Notes under the pieces: generated by a model
The model's input: only the letters and a program-made list of their open reading frames with translations
Database searches by the model: none
Told to the model about the DNA's origin: nothing
Virus record (IMG/VR): IMGVR_UViG_3300019765_000008
Coordinates: 1 to 38,956 of that record
Direction: 5' to 3' (one strand)
Length of the DNA: 38,956 nt
Source: a virus
Lineage: Duplodnaviria; Caudoviricetes
Shown: in pieces, positions 25,530 through 34,913 of the stretch
Position numbering within the stretch: the first letter of the stretch is position 1
Layout: every line of letters begins with the position of its first letter
Translations under genes and position numbers: made by a program

Positions 25530-25981
25530 TGGATGTTGAAAAGCTTATAGCCAAATTAAAAAGATACGATAAAAAAATTGCGTCGAATCAAATCCTTCAC
25601 CGTATTGGGTTAAGGCTGACTAACAGGCTAAAAGTTGAAGTCACTAGGCTAAAAATAATTGATTCTGGCAGGCTTAGAAACTCTATTGGGTATGATGTTA
25701 AAGGCGACGAGTTATCAGTCGGTGTGTTCGGCGTGAGGTACGCTAAATTTCATGAATTTGGGACAAAGCCAAGCGCAAGGATGGCTAGGTTTATTCTTTG
25801 GAAAGCTAGACAGAGCAACGTAAAGAAGCCGAGCAAAGGTGTGATTGAGTGGAGCGGGAGAGGTAGAGATTTAAAAGCTAGGATTAGACCTAGACCGTTT
25901 TTCTACAATACTATAGAATCTGAAAAAGATTATATTTATGACATGATAAAAGCTTGGTACTCGATAAATGCCGACACCTAA
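25529..25981 (+). CDS. Neck/tail-completion protein (HK97 gp10 / virion morphogenesis-like)
   Basis: DSGRLRNSI, YAKFHEFGT, IRPRPFF. Confidence 0.82.
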   Translation: MDVEKLIAKLKRYDKKIASNQILHRIGLRLTNRLKVEVTRLKIIDSGRLRNSIGYDVKGDELSVGVFGVRYAKFHEFGTKPSARMARFILWKARQSNVKKPSKGVIEWSGRGRDLKARIRPRPFFYNTIESEKDYIYDMIKAWYSINADT

Positions 25982-26411
25982 TATTGACAGAGCAATCTTA
26001 GACGCAATGCAGACTACACTAGAGGCAATCCCTTGGGTTTCTAAGGTGGAGACTGAAGACATAGTTGTAGCTTTTGATTCTGATGAATACCAAATCCCTA
26101 TGATTCAGGTTTTTGGAAATGGACAAAAGTTTACACACGAAAGAAATGGGCGGGTAAAAGTTGAATGGTCTGTTATTGTAGAGCTAATTTTAAAAGAAGA
26201 TCGAAACGGATCATATAATCAAAGAGACTTGCTAGACAAAAGGCAAGATATAGAACAAGCTATTGGTGGTAACGTAAGGTTAGGTATCCCAGAAGTATTA
26301 AATGTGTTATATTTAAACAATCTTGACGACATTGGATTAGTTCGACCGTTTTATGTAACACAGTTAGAATTTAGTGTGGAATACCATAAGACCTATGCGG
26401 GTTTTTGCTAA
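25968..26411 (+). CDS. Probable tail terminator protein
   Basis: Size and position between the gp10-like gene and the tail tube. Confidence 0.6.
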   Translation: MPTPNIDRAILDAMQTTLEAIPWVSKVETEDIVVAFDSDEYQIPMIQVFGNGQKFTHERNGRVKVEWSVIVELILKEDRNGSYNQRDLLDKRQDIEQAIGGNVRLGIPEVLNVLYLNNLDDIGLVRPFYVTQLEFSVEYHKTYAGFC

Positions 26412-26448
26412 GGACTAGCGCAAATTATTTTTTCAAAAGAGGTAAAAA

Positions 26449-27681
26449 ATGGCAAAAAATTATGCAAGTTTGTATAGTTCAGCGTTAGATTCTTCGGCGC
26501 TTAATCAAACACTATACGTTAAACAAGAAACTGTTAATGGTACGATGATCGCACCAACAGACTCAGACTTCACTTTCATTCTTGAGGGTGGCTCCATGAA
26601 CTTTAGTCAACCACTAGAAAGCTCTTTGCATCGAAGTGGAAGACATAATAACAACACAATTCTTAAAAAGAAGACGCTAGAGTGGTCATATCCTACCTAT
26701 ATCAACATAGATACAGGCGTTGCGGCTGGTGCTTCAGAAATTGAGGACGGTATTAAGACTCTTTGGAGATCTGCTTTAGGTAGAGAAACAATTGACGTCA
26801 CTGGTTGCGCTTATGATTCAGCGAATGACCCTAGCACTACATTTACAATTTTTGAAGTGGGTGATATGTGGTGCAAGCAGGGTTATGGATGTTTTGTTGA
26901 TAGCGCCGAAATTCAGTTTGTTGGTGATGGTGAATCCCAAATTAACTGGAGCGGAATGGGTGTTGAGTCTTACCTAGTTGGCATGTCTCAATCTATTATA
27001 GATAACAACGGTGGAAACACTGTAACAGTGGCAGCGGGAGAAGGTAAACGCTTTCCGGTTGGATCAATGGTCATGCTTGTTGAGTCAGACGGTGTAACAC
27101 GTTCGGCTGATACTCCAAACGGTTCACCGAGAATTGTAACAGATGTTACCGGCGATGTTGTAACGCTTGATGGAGCCGTATTAGCTGACGCTGATGGATC
27201 TGTCACACCTGTTTATTTGGTTTACTATGAGCCAGAAGCACCAGTTGGAATAGACAATCCTCAAGTCGGCTTAGTAGGTGACTTTATATCTGCCTCTATG
27301 GGTGGTCAGTGTGTTCGTAATGCGACAATATCCATTGCTAACAACCATGAGCCTGTAAACTACTGCTTTGGTACTGATGCCCTTGACGGATCTATATTTG
27401 TACCAGCATCGCGCCTAGAGGTTACTGCTAGTGTTGAAATCAACATGAGTAAAGCAAATGTTGGGATATACAACGACATTCAAAACCAAATTGCACAAGA
27501 TTTACAGTTTATTTTGGGTGATTCAACTACTAGACACTTACAAGTAACACTTCCAAGGGTTGAGTTTACAACACCTTCGATTGATGTTCCTTCTAGTGGT
27601 TCTATTCCTGTTACCTTTGAAGGCGTAGCTTATCAGACTTCACTAGACGCGGCGGATGAGATTGAGGTAAAATATCTCTAA
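26449..27681 (+). CDS. Major tail tube protein with internal accessory domain
   Basis: GAGG RBS; position before terminator, chaperones and tape measure; LQVTLPRVEF..P and IPVTFEGVA C-terminal tube-like strands. Confidence 0.78.
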   Translation: MAKNYASLYSSALDSSALNQTLYVKQETVNGTMIAPTDSDFTFILEGGSMNFSQPLESSLHRSGRHNNNTILKKKTLEWSYPTYINIDTGVAAGASEIEDGIKTLWRSALGRETIDVTGCAYDSANDPSTTFTIFEVGDMWCKQGYGCFVDSAEIQFVGDGESQINWSGMGVESYLVGMSQSIIDNNGGNTVTVAAGEGKRFPVGSMVMLVESDGVTRSADTPNGSPRIVTDVTGDVVTLDGAVLADADGSVTPVYLVYYEPEAPVGIDNPQVGLVGDFISASMGGQCVRNATISIANNHEPVNYCFGTDALDGSIFVPASRLEVTASVEINMSKANVGIYNDIQNQIAQDLQFILGDSTTRHLQVTLPRVEFTTPSIDVPSSGSIPVTFEGVAYQTSLDAADEIEVKYL

Positions 27682-27712
27682 GCTTTTATTCATTGCTCCA
27701 TTTACTCTATGT

Positions 27713-27745
27713 AAAGAGAAGTCTTTTCAAGGCTTCTCTTTTTTT
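27713..27745 (+). terminator. Rho-independent terminator after tail tube
   Basis: AAGAGAAG...CTTCTCTT stem plus T tract. Confidence 0.8.
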
Positions 27746-27793
27746 GTATACTGCAAGCAATTATCTTAAACATTTTTTTAAGGATTAAAAAAA

Positions 27794-28300
27794 ATGGCAC
27801 TATTCTTTTCTGCAATTAAATCAAAAGAAATTAAAGTTATCTCACAAAAAGACGAAGCATTAGACAATGTATCGGTTGAAGATTATCAGGAATATTTGAA
27901 AGATTTAGACGAATCAAAATTAACTTTTAAAGAAGGCGAAACACCGACATATTTTGTTTTAAAAACAGCCGGAACTCAGAAAGAAATCTTAAGTCAAAAA
28001 GATGGAATGGCCAGCCTTGCTATGAAATCAAAAGATACTGGTGAAATGCCTATTTATTCTCTTATGCTTGCTACGGTTAGAACGGCTTTAAAGGATATGA
28101 TTACAGACGGTGAAAGCCAAATGGTTAAAGATAAGTCAGGCTTGGCTTCTGAGGAGTTTATGACTTGGCTTGTATCCAATGATATTGTGGGCGATTTATA
28201 TACAGCACTAGAAAGCCAACGTGGTGCAACAGATCAAGAAATACTTAAAAAAAAATCAGCGCAATCATCGACCTCAACTTTGCAGATCATGGAGAGCTAA
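27794..28300 (+). CDS. Tail assembly chaperone (lambda gpG analogue)
   Basis: Between tail tube and tape measure; A9 slippery run near its 3' end. Confidence 0.75.
   Translation: MALFFSAIKSKEIKVISQKDEALDNVSVEDYQEYLKDLDESKLTFKEGETPTYFVLKTAGTQKEILSQKDGMASLAMKSKDTGEMPIYSLMLATVRTALKDMITDGESQMVKDKSGLASEEFMTWLVSNDIVGDLYTALESQRGATDQEILKKKSAQSSTSTLQIMES
28247..28255 (+). promoter_or_regulatory. Programmed -1 ribosomal frameshift site (A AAA AAA)
   Basis: CTT AAA AAA AAA TCA; the -1 frame is open from 28255 through 28716. Confidence 0.78.
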
Positions 28301-28716
28301 AAAAGCAGGGTAGAAACTTTGATTGCTCAACATGTAGGGTTTCACACCTTAGAAGATGCAAAGAAGACAAGTGGGATTTTAACGAAATGGATTCAAACGT
28401 CTTTCCAATGTATGTTCATAAGGGTGGAACTCTTTATGGTTTTTGCCCTGCAAAAGCAACTTGGGATAATGAAGCTACTGAGTTGTATAAGACCTTAATC
28501 GTATCGCGTGAGTGTGGTATAATGCTATCAAAAGGCGGTGTTTTAGATCAACCAGCATGGTTTATAGATTTACTCTCATGGTTCACAACTAGATACGACC
28601 ATGAGAAATTTGTTTCACGCGCTAGAATGGTTTTAGGTGATGGCAAACCCAGTAAGGGAAACTTAAAAAATGGCAATCAACACGGACGAACTAAAAATAA
28701 AAGTAGTAATAGATAA
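28255..28716 (+). CDS. Frameshift-accessed tail chaperone extension (lambda gpT analogue)
   Basis: The -1 frame reads ISAIIDLNFADHGELKKQGRNFDCSTCRVSHLRRCKEDKWDFNE into the 28387 ORF; GGVLDQPAWF motif. Confidence 0.72.
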   Translation: MSAIIDLNFADHGELKKQGRNFDCSTCRVSHLRRCKEDKWDFNEMDSNVFPMYVHKGGTLYGFCPAKATWDNEATELYKTLIVSRECGIMLSKGGVLDQPAWFIDLLSWFTTRYDHEKFVSRARMVLGDGKPSKGNLKNGNQHGRTKNKSSNR

Positions 28717-31700
28717 TGAAAAAGCTTCTAAGGCTATAAAAGAAACAAATAAAAACATAAAAGATTTATCTACTGTTGTTAACATAAATGAGGAATCTTT
28801 TAAAAATCTCTCAATTCAAATTGGTCAAATTCAAAATGTTACAAAGCAAGGCACTATTTTAAATGATGCTTTAGCTGGTTCTTATGACGAAGTAGCTAAA
28901 TCAGCAATAAACTCTGCTGATGAAATGAGAAACCAAATTGATATTATGAGGGATTTAAAAGACATACTGGCAAGCACAGCTAGTTTTGTCACTACTGTAG
29001 TTAAAGCGTCTTTTTTAGGTGCTGCTGCTGGTTTTGTTTCTTATAAGACTGGATTTTCTGACATGATTAAGGAGACAAAAGCTTTTAAGGTTGTGTCTCA
29101 TGATGTTAAGCAACTTCTTGGTGTGGGCAATATATTTGAACAATCCTTTAAAGATATTAAAAACGGTGAATACAGAAAATCATTAGCTTCTTTTACTAAC
29201 CAGATGAAAAACACTTCAAAAGCACTAAGTATTTTTTCGATCGGTTCTATTCTAGCTGCTGAAAGACTTTCTTTTTTAGCAAAAGGATTAGTTGGTTTTG
29301 GCTTTGCTCTTTCATCTTCTGAAAATGCTTTGGTTTCTCTTATTGGTAAAATAACTATATTTATAGGCATACTTACTGGTGGTTTTTCGGTAGCTCTTTT
29401 TTATGTCATTTCTATAGTGGGTGAATTAGCTATTTCACTTGGAGATAGTTTATCAAAAGGAATGAATAAGGCAGTAGAGGCTTTTCAAAAAGGCTATGAT
29501 TCAATCAGGAAATTTGGATTGATCACTCAAAATGTTTTAAATGAGCAACTAGAATCAGGACTAATTTCAAATGTTACAGAAGAACTAGGCAGATACACTG
29601 ATGCAATTGAAAAAGCTGCAAGAGCCACTATTTTTAGCGGTGATGCAATAAGGGATTCATTGAAGCTTATTATTGCAGAAAGTAGAATGTTTGGTTTTAC
29701 TTCTGAAGAAAACATAAAAATATTTAATAGAGCCACAGAAATTGCTTCTGCTACTGGCAAAGAGCTGCAAGACGTTACCCTTAGAATAATTCAAGGGCTT
29801 GCCGGTTCTTCTCAAGGGCTTCTAGCTTTGGGTATTAACCTTAAAGATACTCATGTAGAACTTAAAAACTTTCAAGAGATGCAAGGGCAATCACTTCAAA
29901 GCTTTTCAGAGCAAGAAAAAGCTATGTTTAGGCTAAATGACCTTATGGGACAATCTAAAATTTTCCTAGGTGCAAACGCTATAGCAATGGATAGCTTTAC
30001 GGGTGCAAACATTAGAGCAGAAAAAGCGATATCGGATGTTATTGCCAAACTTGGACAACAAGGTGAAATAATCCTATTCCTAAAAGGTTTGTATGCTGGC
30101 TTCTTAGAAATGATAGCAGAATTGCCAGACTTTTTCTTTGAGGTTTCTGGTGCTGTTGCTGATGTTGGTGCTGTTTTATTAAAAGTTGTTGGTGTATTTT
30201 TAAAATATGCCGCGGTTATTTTGTTGTTGAAGGCATCATATAGTGGGCTTTCTTTTGCTGTATCATCTTTAATTGTTGTCCAAACGGTATTAAACAAAGT
30301 TTTTGCTTTTACAGCAGCAAAAGCAGGTGTTGCGGTGTTGCCTGTAACGAGTCTAAAAATTGCATTTATAAACCTTGGAAGAATATTAAAAGCGGTAGTA
30401 ATTAAAGATTTAGCTCTTTTAAATGCTTGGCTTATAGCCACAACTAAAAGCGCCTTGGCTCTTTTCGCAGCTCTTTTAAAAAATCCTTTTACTTGGTTAG
30501 CTATTTATGTAGTTATGCTTACCAAGGCTATGATTGACTTAAATAGAGAAACAAAAATATTAGATGAATTTTTTAATATTTTTTCTGGTTCAACAGAGGA
30601 AGTTAACAATCAACTTGAGAAACAAGCCGAAGAAGTTGGATTTTTAACAAAATCTTGGACGTTTTTAAAAGACGTATTTAAAAGCGTTGTTGTTGTCATA
30701 CTTAATGCTATTTCTGTGATAATTGGACTTTTTGCCGAAATACTTAAATCTATACCGTTTCTAGGTGATTCTATAGTTAAATACTTAGATTCAGTATCCA
30801 CAAAAGCAGCCGCTTTCTCTAAAAAAATGGAAGATCTAAGAGCCGAGATAAACGAAAACCTTGGAAGCGGCGTTGCTACCGCAGCGGAAAGAGGCTCGGA
30901 AGCAGTTGATAAGCTTGACAAGAAATTTAAAAAGCTTGGGCTTACCAGTGAAGAACTTACTAAAAAAATAAAAGAATGGGCTGACCTATCCAAAGACATT
31001 GCCAAGCAATCATTTGAACTTGGTTTAACTTCTTCTTTTGATGATTCTGAACTCGGAAGGCTTAAAGCAATGATTAAGCTTAAAGAAGAAGAGTTAAAAA
31101 TTGAAGAAGAAAAAATTAAATATTCTGGCATACCGATGGCCAATGTTACTCTTAAACCTGATGAAGTCAACAAAGGCATAGAGGAACTAAGAAAGCTTAG
31201 AGAAGAATACGAGAAATTGTTTAAGCTTCAAAGAGTCAGAATAATTAAAACAAACATTAAAACAGATTTTACACAATCTAAAATGCTTCTTGATGCTCAG
31301 AAAGATGTTGAAGACACTTTAAAAAATAATCTTCAAATCCAAAATCAAATCACCAAAAGCAGGCTTGGAACTTTTGATGTTGTTAGGATGGAATTTAAAG
31401 AAAAAAGAAATATTGTCGATGAGCAAATCAATCAGTTAAAACTTGAAAACGATATTATAAAAGCCAACAGAGATAGACTAATTGCTTTAGGTGCAAGCAA
31501 AAAAGAAATCCAAGAAGTAAACGACCTTTTGGAAAAAAGAAAAGATTTAATATCAGCTAAAGAATCACAAAAAGATATTTTAAGCTCACAACAGCAAACA
31601 GAAATAGAAAACATTGGTATTTCCATTGGAACTAACCTTGTAAATGCTGCGAAGTCAGGTGCAGATGCTTTAGTTGGTACGGCAATTTCAGAAATAGGAA

Positions 31701-33520
31701 AAGCCATTGGCCCTATAGGTACACTTGTTGCGGAGTCTATTAACCTTCTCAGACAAGGCTATGAAGCTATGTTTGAACTAGGAAGGGATTTTTTCAAGAT
31801 ATTAGCAAATTTACCTAAAATGATCACAGAAGGAATACAAGGCTTAATAGAAGGCTTAATACAAGGGGTTTTAGATCTTTTGACAGACCCAGAATTGCTA
31901 TCTAGTATTTATTCTTCGATAGTAACACTTTTCCCTAAGCTCCTTACGGCAGCATTTAAAGCATTGCCGAAGTTGATTAAGTCACTACTCAATCTAAACT
32001 TTTGGATGGAAGTTTTAGAGTCTTTTGTTGATGCTATCATTCAATCTTTTGTGGAGGCATGGCATACGTTTTTAGATATGCTCACTGGTGATTTGCCAGA
32101 TGCCATAGGAAAAGCCTTTAGTGATGGCATAAAAGCAGTTCCTGATACTCTTATGGGGTTTGCACAAGATATGTTTTCAGTAGTTGAAGATTCAGCTATT
32201 GGAATGATGGGTGGTGGTAAAGATTCTAGCCTTGTCGAACAAGCGGCCGAAGCTGGTAAAACCATATGGGAAAGGTTCATAGAATTTCTTGTCAAAGGAT
32301 GGCATTTCTTCCTAGATGCTGGTGAAGCTATTTGGTTAGCTTTCCGAGATGGGCTTGTAGGGCTTGGAGACTTTTTAGTTGAAGCTGGCAAAGAATTTTT
32401 TGATTTTATTATGACTATCCCAAAAGCCTTATGGGACAGTATTGTTTATTTTATAGAAAAATTCCCTGGACAATTGTTTGAAGGTCTGATGGACTTCGGT
32501 GAAAAAATGTGGATTCTATTTAGGGATGCATTTTCTAGCCTTGGTGGTTTCTTCCTAGATGCGTTTAAAGGAATTGCAGGTGGTTTGTGGCAGGCTTTCA
32601 AAGATGCATTTTCTGGTATTGGTAATTTCTTTTCAAATATTTTTGGTGACCTTTGGGACGGTTTTAAAGACGGTATATCAAACTTATTCAGTTTCCCAGA
32701 GAGCAAAGGGACTGTAGAAGGTTGGATGGGTGTTGACTTACCAGTTTTGAAATTTGCTGAAGGTGGTGTTGTACCGGGCATAGCACCAGTGAGAGGAGAT
32801 TCACCAAAGAACGACAATCAACTATCAATGCTTTCACCGGGTGAGTGGGTGATACCAAGAAGTATTACACAAGACAAAGAAAAGGCAACACAGCTACAGC
32901 AAGTTATTTCTGGAGATGTCCCACAGTTTTTCATGGGAGCCATTAGAAAGGCTGGAGAAGTAACGGGTGTTTCAAAAGCCATTAGTGATGTTGGCGAAGC
33001 AACGGGTGTAAATAGTATTTTAGAAGAAGCTGAAAATGCTTTCAAGGGTTTAAGCACTACCTTAAAAGCTGTTTATAATTGGGTTTCTGATAATATTGGT
33101 GCAGTAGACATAGTTAAATTTGTAGAAAATCCAGTTAAAGCAGTTATGAAAATGATTGAAAACGGAATGGCAGGATTTGTTGAGCCTAGAGCAAGCGGAA
33201 TTATAAAATCATTAGCGCAAAAATCCTTCCACAGCGGCGGCTTTGTCGGTAACAACGGAATGGCTAACCTACAGGGTGGTGAGTTTGTTATGAGAAAATC
33301 AGCCGTTAATAACATTGGACTTCAAAACCTAATGGGAATGAATGCAGGTAGCTCAATGGCTGGTAGTAACCAAGAATTTAATATTGATATAACACTTAAC
33401 ACGACCGAAAAAGTTGACGAATCATTTTTGACTAATAGACTTATGCCAGAATTTAAACAGCAACTAAAAGACGCTTCTTTAAGGGGTGATTTTGTTATCT
33501 CTCAAAAAGGAATTAGATAG
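28670..33520 (+). CDS. Tail tape measure protein
   Basis: 1616 aa; helical/hydrophobic with W/F-spaced repeats; ELKIKV N-terminus; FAEGG...PGEWV motif near the C-terminus. Confidence 0.92.
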   Translation: MAINTDELKIKVVIDNEKASKAIKETNKNIKDLSTVVNINEESFKNLSIQIGQIQNVTKQGTILNDALAGSYDEVAKSAINSADEMRNQIDIMRDLKDILASTASFVTTVVKASFLGAAAGFVSYKTGFSDMIKETKAFKVVSHDVKQLLGVGNIFEQSFKDIKNGEYRKSLASFTNQMKNTSKALSIFSIGSILAAERLSFLAKGLVGFGFALSSSENALVSLIGKITIFIGILTGGFSVALFYVISIVGELAISLGDSLSKGMNKAVEAFQKGYDSIRKFGLITQNVLNEQLESGLISNVTEELGRYTDAIEKAARATIFSGDAIRDSLKLIIAESRMFGFTSEENIKIFNRATEIASATGKELQDVTLRIIQGLAGSSQGLLALGINLKDTHVELKNFQEMQGQSLQSFSEQEKAMFRLNDLMGQSKIFLGANAIAMDSFTGANIRAEKAISDVIAKLGQQGEIILFLKGLYAGFLEMIAELPDFFFEVSGAVADVGAVLLKVVGVFLKYAAVILLLKASYSGLSFAVSSLIVVQTVLNKVFAFTAAKAGVAVLPVTSLKIAFINLGRILKAVVIKDLALLNAWLIATTKSALALFAALLKNPFTWLAIYVVMLTKAMIDLNRETKILDEFFNIFSGSTEEVNNQLEKQAEEVGFLTKSWTFLKDVFKSVVVVILNAISVIIGLFAEILKSIPFLGDSIVKYLDSVSTKAAAFSKKMEDLRAEINENLGSGVATAAERGSEAVDKLDKKFKKLGLTSEELTKKIKEWADLSKDIAKQSFELGLTSSFDDSELGRLKAMIKLKEEELKIEEEKIKYSGIPMANVTLKPDEVNKGIEELRKLREEYEKLFKLQRVRIIKTNIKTDFTQSKMLLDAQKDVEDTLKNNLQIQNQITKSRLGTFDVVRMEFKEKRNIVDEQINQLKLENDIIKANRDRLIALGASKKEIQEVNDLLEKRKDLISAKESQKDILSSQQQTEIENIGISIGTNLVNAAKSGADALVGTAISEIGKAIGPIGTLVAESINLLRQGYEAMFELGRDFFKILANLPKMITEGIQGLIEGLIQGVLDLLTDPELLSSIYSSIVTLFPKLLTAAFKALPKLIKSLLNLNFWMEVLESFVDAIIQSFVEAWHTFLDMLTGDLPDAIGKAFSDGIKAVPDTLMGFAQDMFSVVEDSAIGMMGGGKDSSLVEQAAEAGKTIWERFIEFLVKGWHFFLDAGEAIWLAFRDGLVGLGDFLVEAGKEFFDFIMTIPKALWDSIVYFIEKFPGQLFEGLMDFGEKMWILFRDAFSSLGGFFLDAFKGIAGGLWQAFKDAFSGIGNFFSNIFGDLWDGFKDGISNLFSFPESKGTVEGWMGVDLPVLKFAEGGVVPGIAPVRGDSPKNDNQLSMLSPGEWVIPRSITQDKEKATQLQQVISGDVPQFFMGAIRKAGEVTGVSKAISDVGEATGVNSILEEAENAFKGLSTTLKAVYNWVSDNIGAVDIVKFVENPVKAVMKMIENGMAGFVEPRASGIIKSLAQKSFHSGGFVGNNGMANLQGGEFVMRKSAVNNIGLQNLMGMNAGSSMAGSNQEFNIDITLNTTEKVDESFLTNRLMPEFKQQLKDASLRGDFVISQKGIR

Positions 33521-34912
33521 ATGACTACGTTAGGATATTTAGAAACAGACTATGCCACAATTCAATATGGTGGCGGTATCGCAACAAAGGTACTGCCTAG
33601 CCAGTTTGAAGCGGTTTCTAGTGTAGATGAAAGGCTTCTGGCTGAGTTTGAGGGTGTCAACACAGTCACCAATTTTTTAAATGCACAGTTTGAAGCAGTT
33701 GTAAATAATGACAAGGTTTTGAATACGCAACTTGAGGCACTACGTTTAGACTTTGACGATGGACTATCCACCGAGTTTACGGGAGCAAACCCTGATAACG
33801 AAAAATCTTTCGGTATCCAATTTTATAAAACGCCAATTAAAGCGGTTTCTATTGGTCAGTATTTGAGCCAAGACGATTACGCAACTTATTCTTATGCTTC
33901 CCCTGTTTTTGCAAAGTGCATGAATACGCAATTTTTTGCAGTTAATACCCAGGCTAAAAAATTAGGTGTTCAGTTTGAAGGAAAAATTACGACCGACGAC
34001 ATAACCGGCGTACAGTTTGAAGGAAAGATTACTTCGACTAAAACAGTTGGTTCGCAGTTTGAATCATTTATTATTAAAAACCTTAATGTGCAATTTAGAG
34101 CCGTTATTTATAACACTACGCAACTTAGGTTTCTTTATGAATTCCCTAGCCGAGGTTTAGACGGTCAAAGCTGGACGGCTTCGAGTACGGCAACAAGTAG
34201 CTCGGATGCATTTGACGTAAACAACTTAAACAATGACATTGTGGAAAAAGCTTGGAGATCAGCGTTAGGTGGCGCTCAAACACTTACTTGTGACACTCAA
34301 GACACTGGTGGAGTTTTCCTAGATACCCTTGCCATACTTGAGCATAACATCACAAGGGGTGGAAATGTTCAACTTCAAGGTTCAAATGATAACTTTATCA
34401 CTACTCCATTTGTCACTCAGTTAACGGTTGAAGACAAAAACATGTACTATATTTCTGAAGACCTACCGCTTCAGTCTTATAGATATTGGAGAATAGAAAT
34501 CAATGATGTTGCTAACCCAGATGGATATATTCAAATTGGTTCTATCGTGTTTGGTTCTTCTATTGTATTTTCTTCTGAAGAAAACATAACTGAAGATGTA
34601 GACTTTGGGATAACCCAATATGCGGATAACATTTTCACAGAAGGTTTCACGAATGTTTCTAATGACCGTGGCCAGAAGAAACAGCTAGGGCTTCAGTTTA
34701 AAAACCTTGAAGCACAAAATAGAAACTTTATAGAACTTAGAAGAATGTTTGAAGCAGTTGGAAACATCCAAAAAGTTCTATTTATACCTACGCCGCAAGA
34801 CGCGAGCGAATTTGCAGTATTTGCCAAGATGAAACAAATTCCAAAAGAACGACATAAGCAAATGGGTAAGCACTATGTTTCACTAAATATCGACGCTGAC
34901 GAGAGTTTATAA
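33521..34912 (+). CDS. Distal-tail/tail-tip protein with N-terminal repeats and a discoidin-like module
   Basis: Immediately after the tape measure; QFE(A/G) repeats; WTASST..AFD, AWRS, YRYWRIEI. Confidence 0.65.
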   Translation: MTTLGYLETDYATIQYGGGIATKVLPSQFEAVSSVDERLLAEFEGVNTVTNFLNAQFEAVVNNDKVLNTQLEALRLDFDDGLSTEFTGANPDNEKSFGIQFYKTPIKAVSIGQYLSQDDYATYSYASPVFAKCMNTQFFAVNTQAKKLGVQFEGKITTDDITGVQFEGKITSTKTVGSQFESFIIKNLNVQFRAVIYNTTQLRFLYEFPSRGLDGQSWTASSTATSSSDAFDVNNLNNDIVEKAWRSALGGAQTLTCDTQDTGGVFLDTLAILEHNITRGGNVQLQGSNDNFITTPFVTQLTVEDKNMYYISEDLPLQSYRYWRIEINDVANPDGYIQIGSIVFGSSIVFSSEENITEDVDFGITQYADNIFTEGFTNVSNDRGQKKQLGLQFKNLEAQNRNFIELRRMFEAVGNIQKVLFIPTPQDASEFAVFAKMKQIPKERHKQMGKHYVSLNIDADESL

Positions 34913-34913
34913 G

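Noticed and set aside
29098-33315. Many minus-strand ORFs of 70-190 aa opposite the tape measure (and opposite primase, portal and other genes)
   Set aside because: Antisense shadows of long + strand genes; no RBS or recognisable motifs
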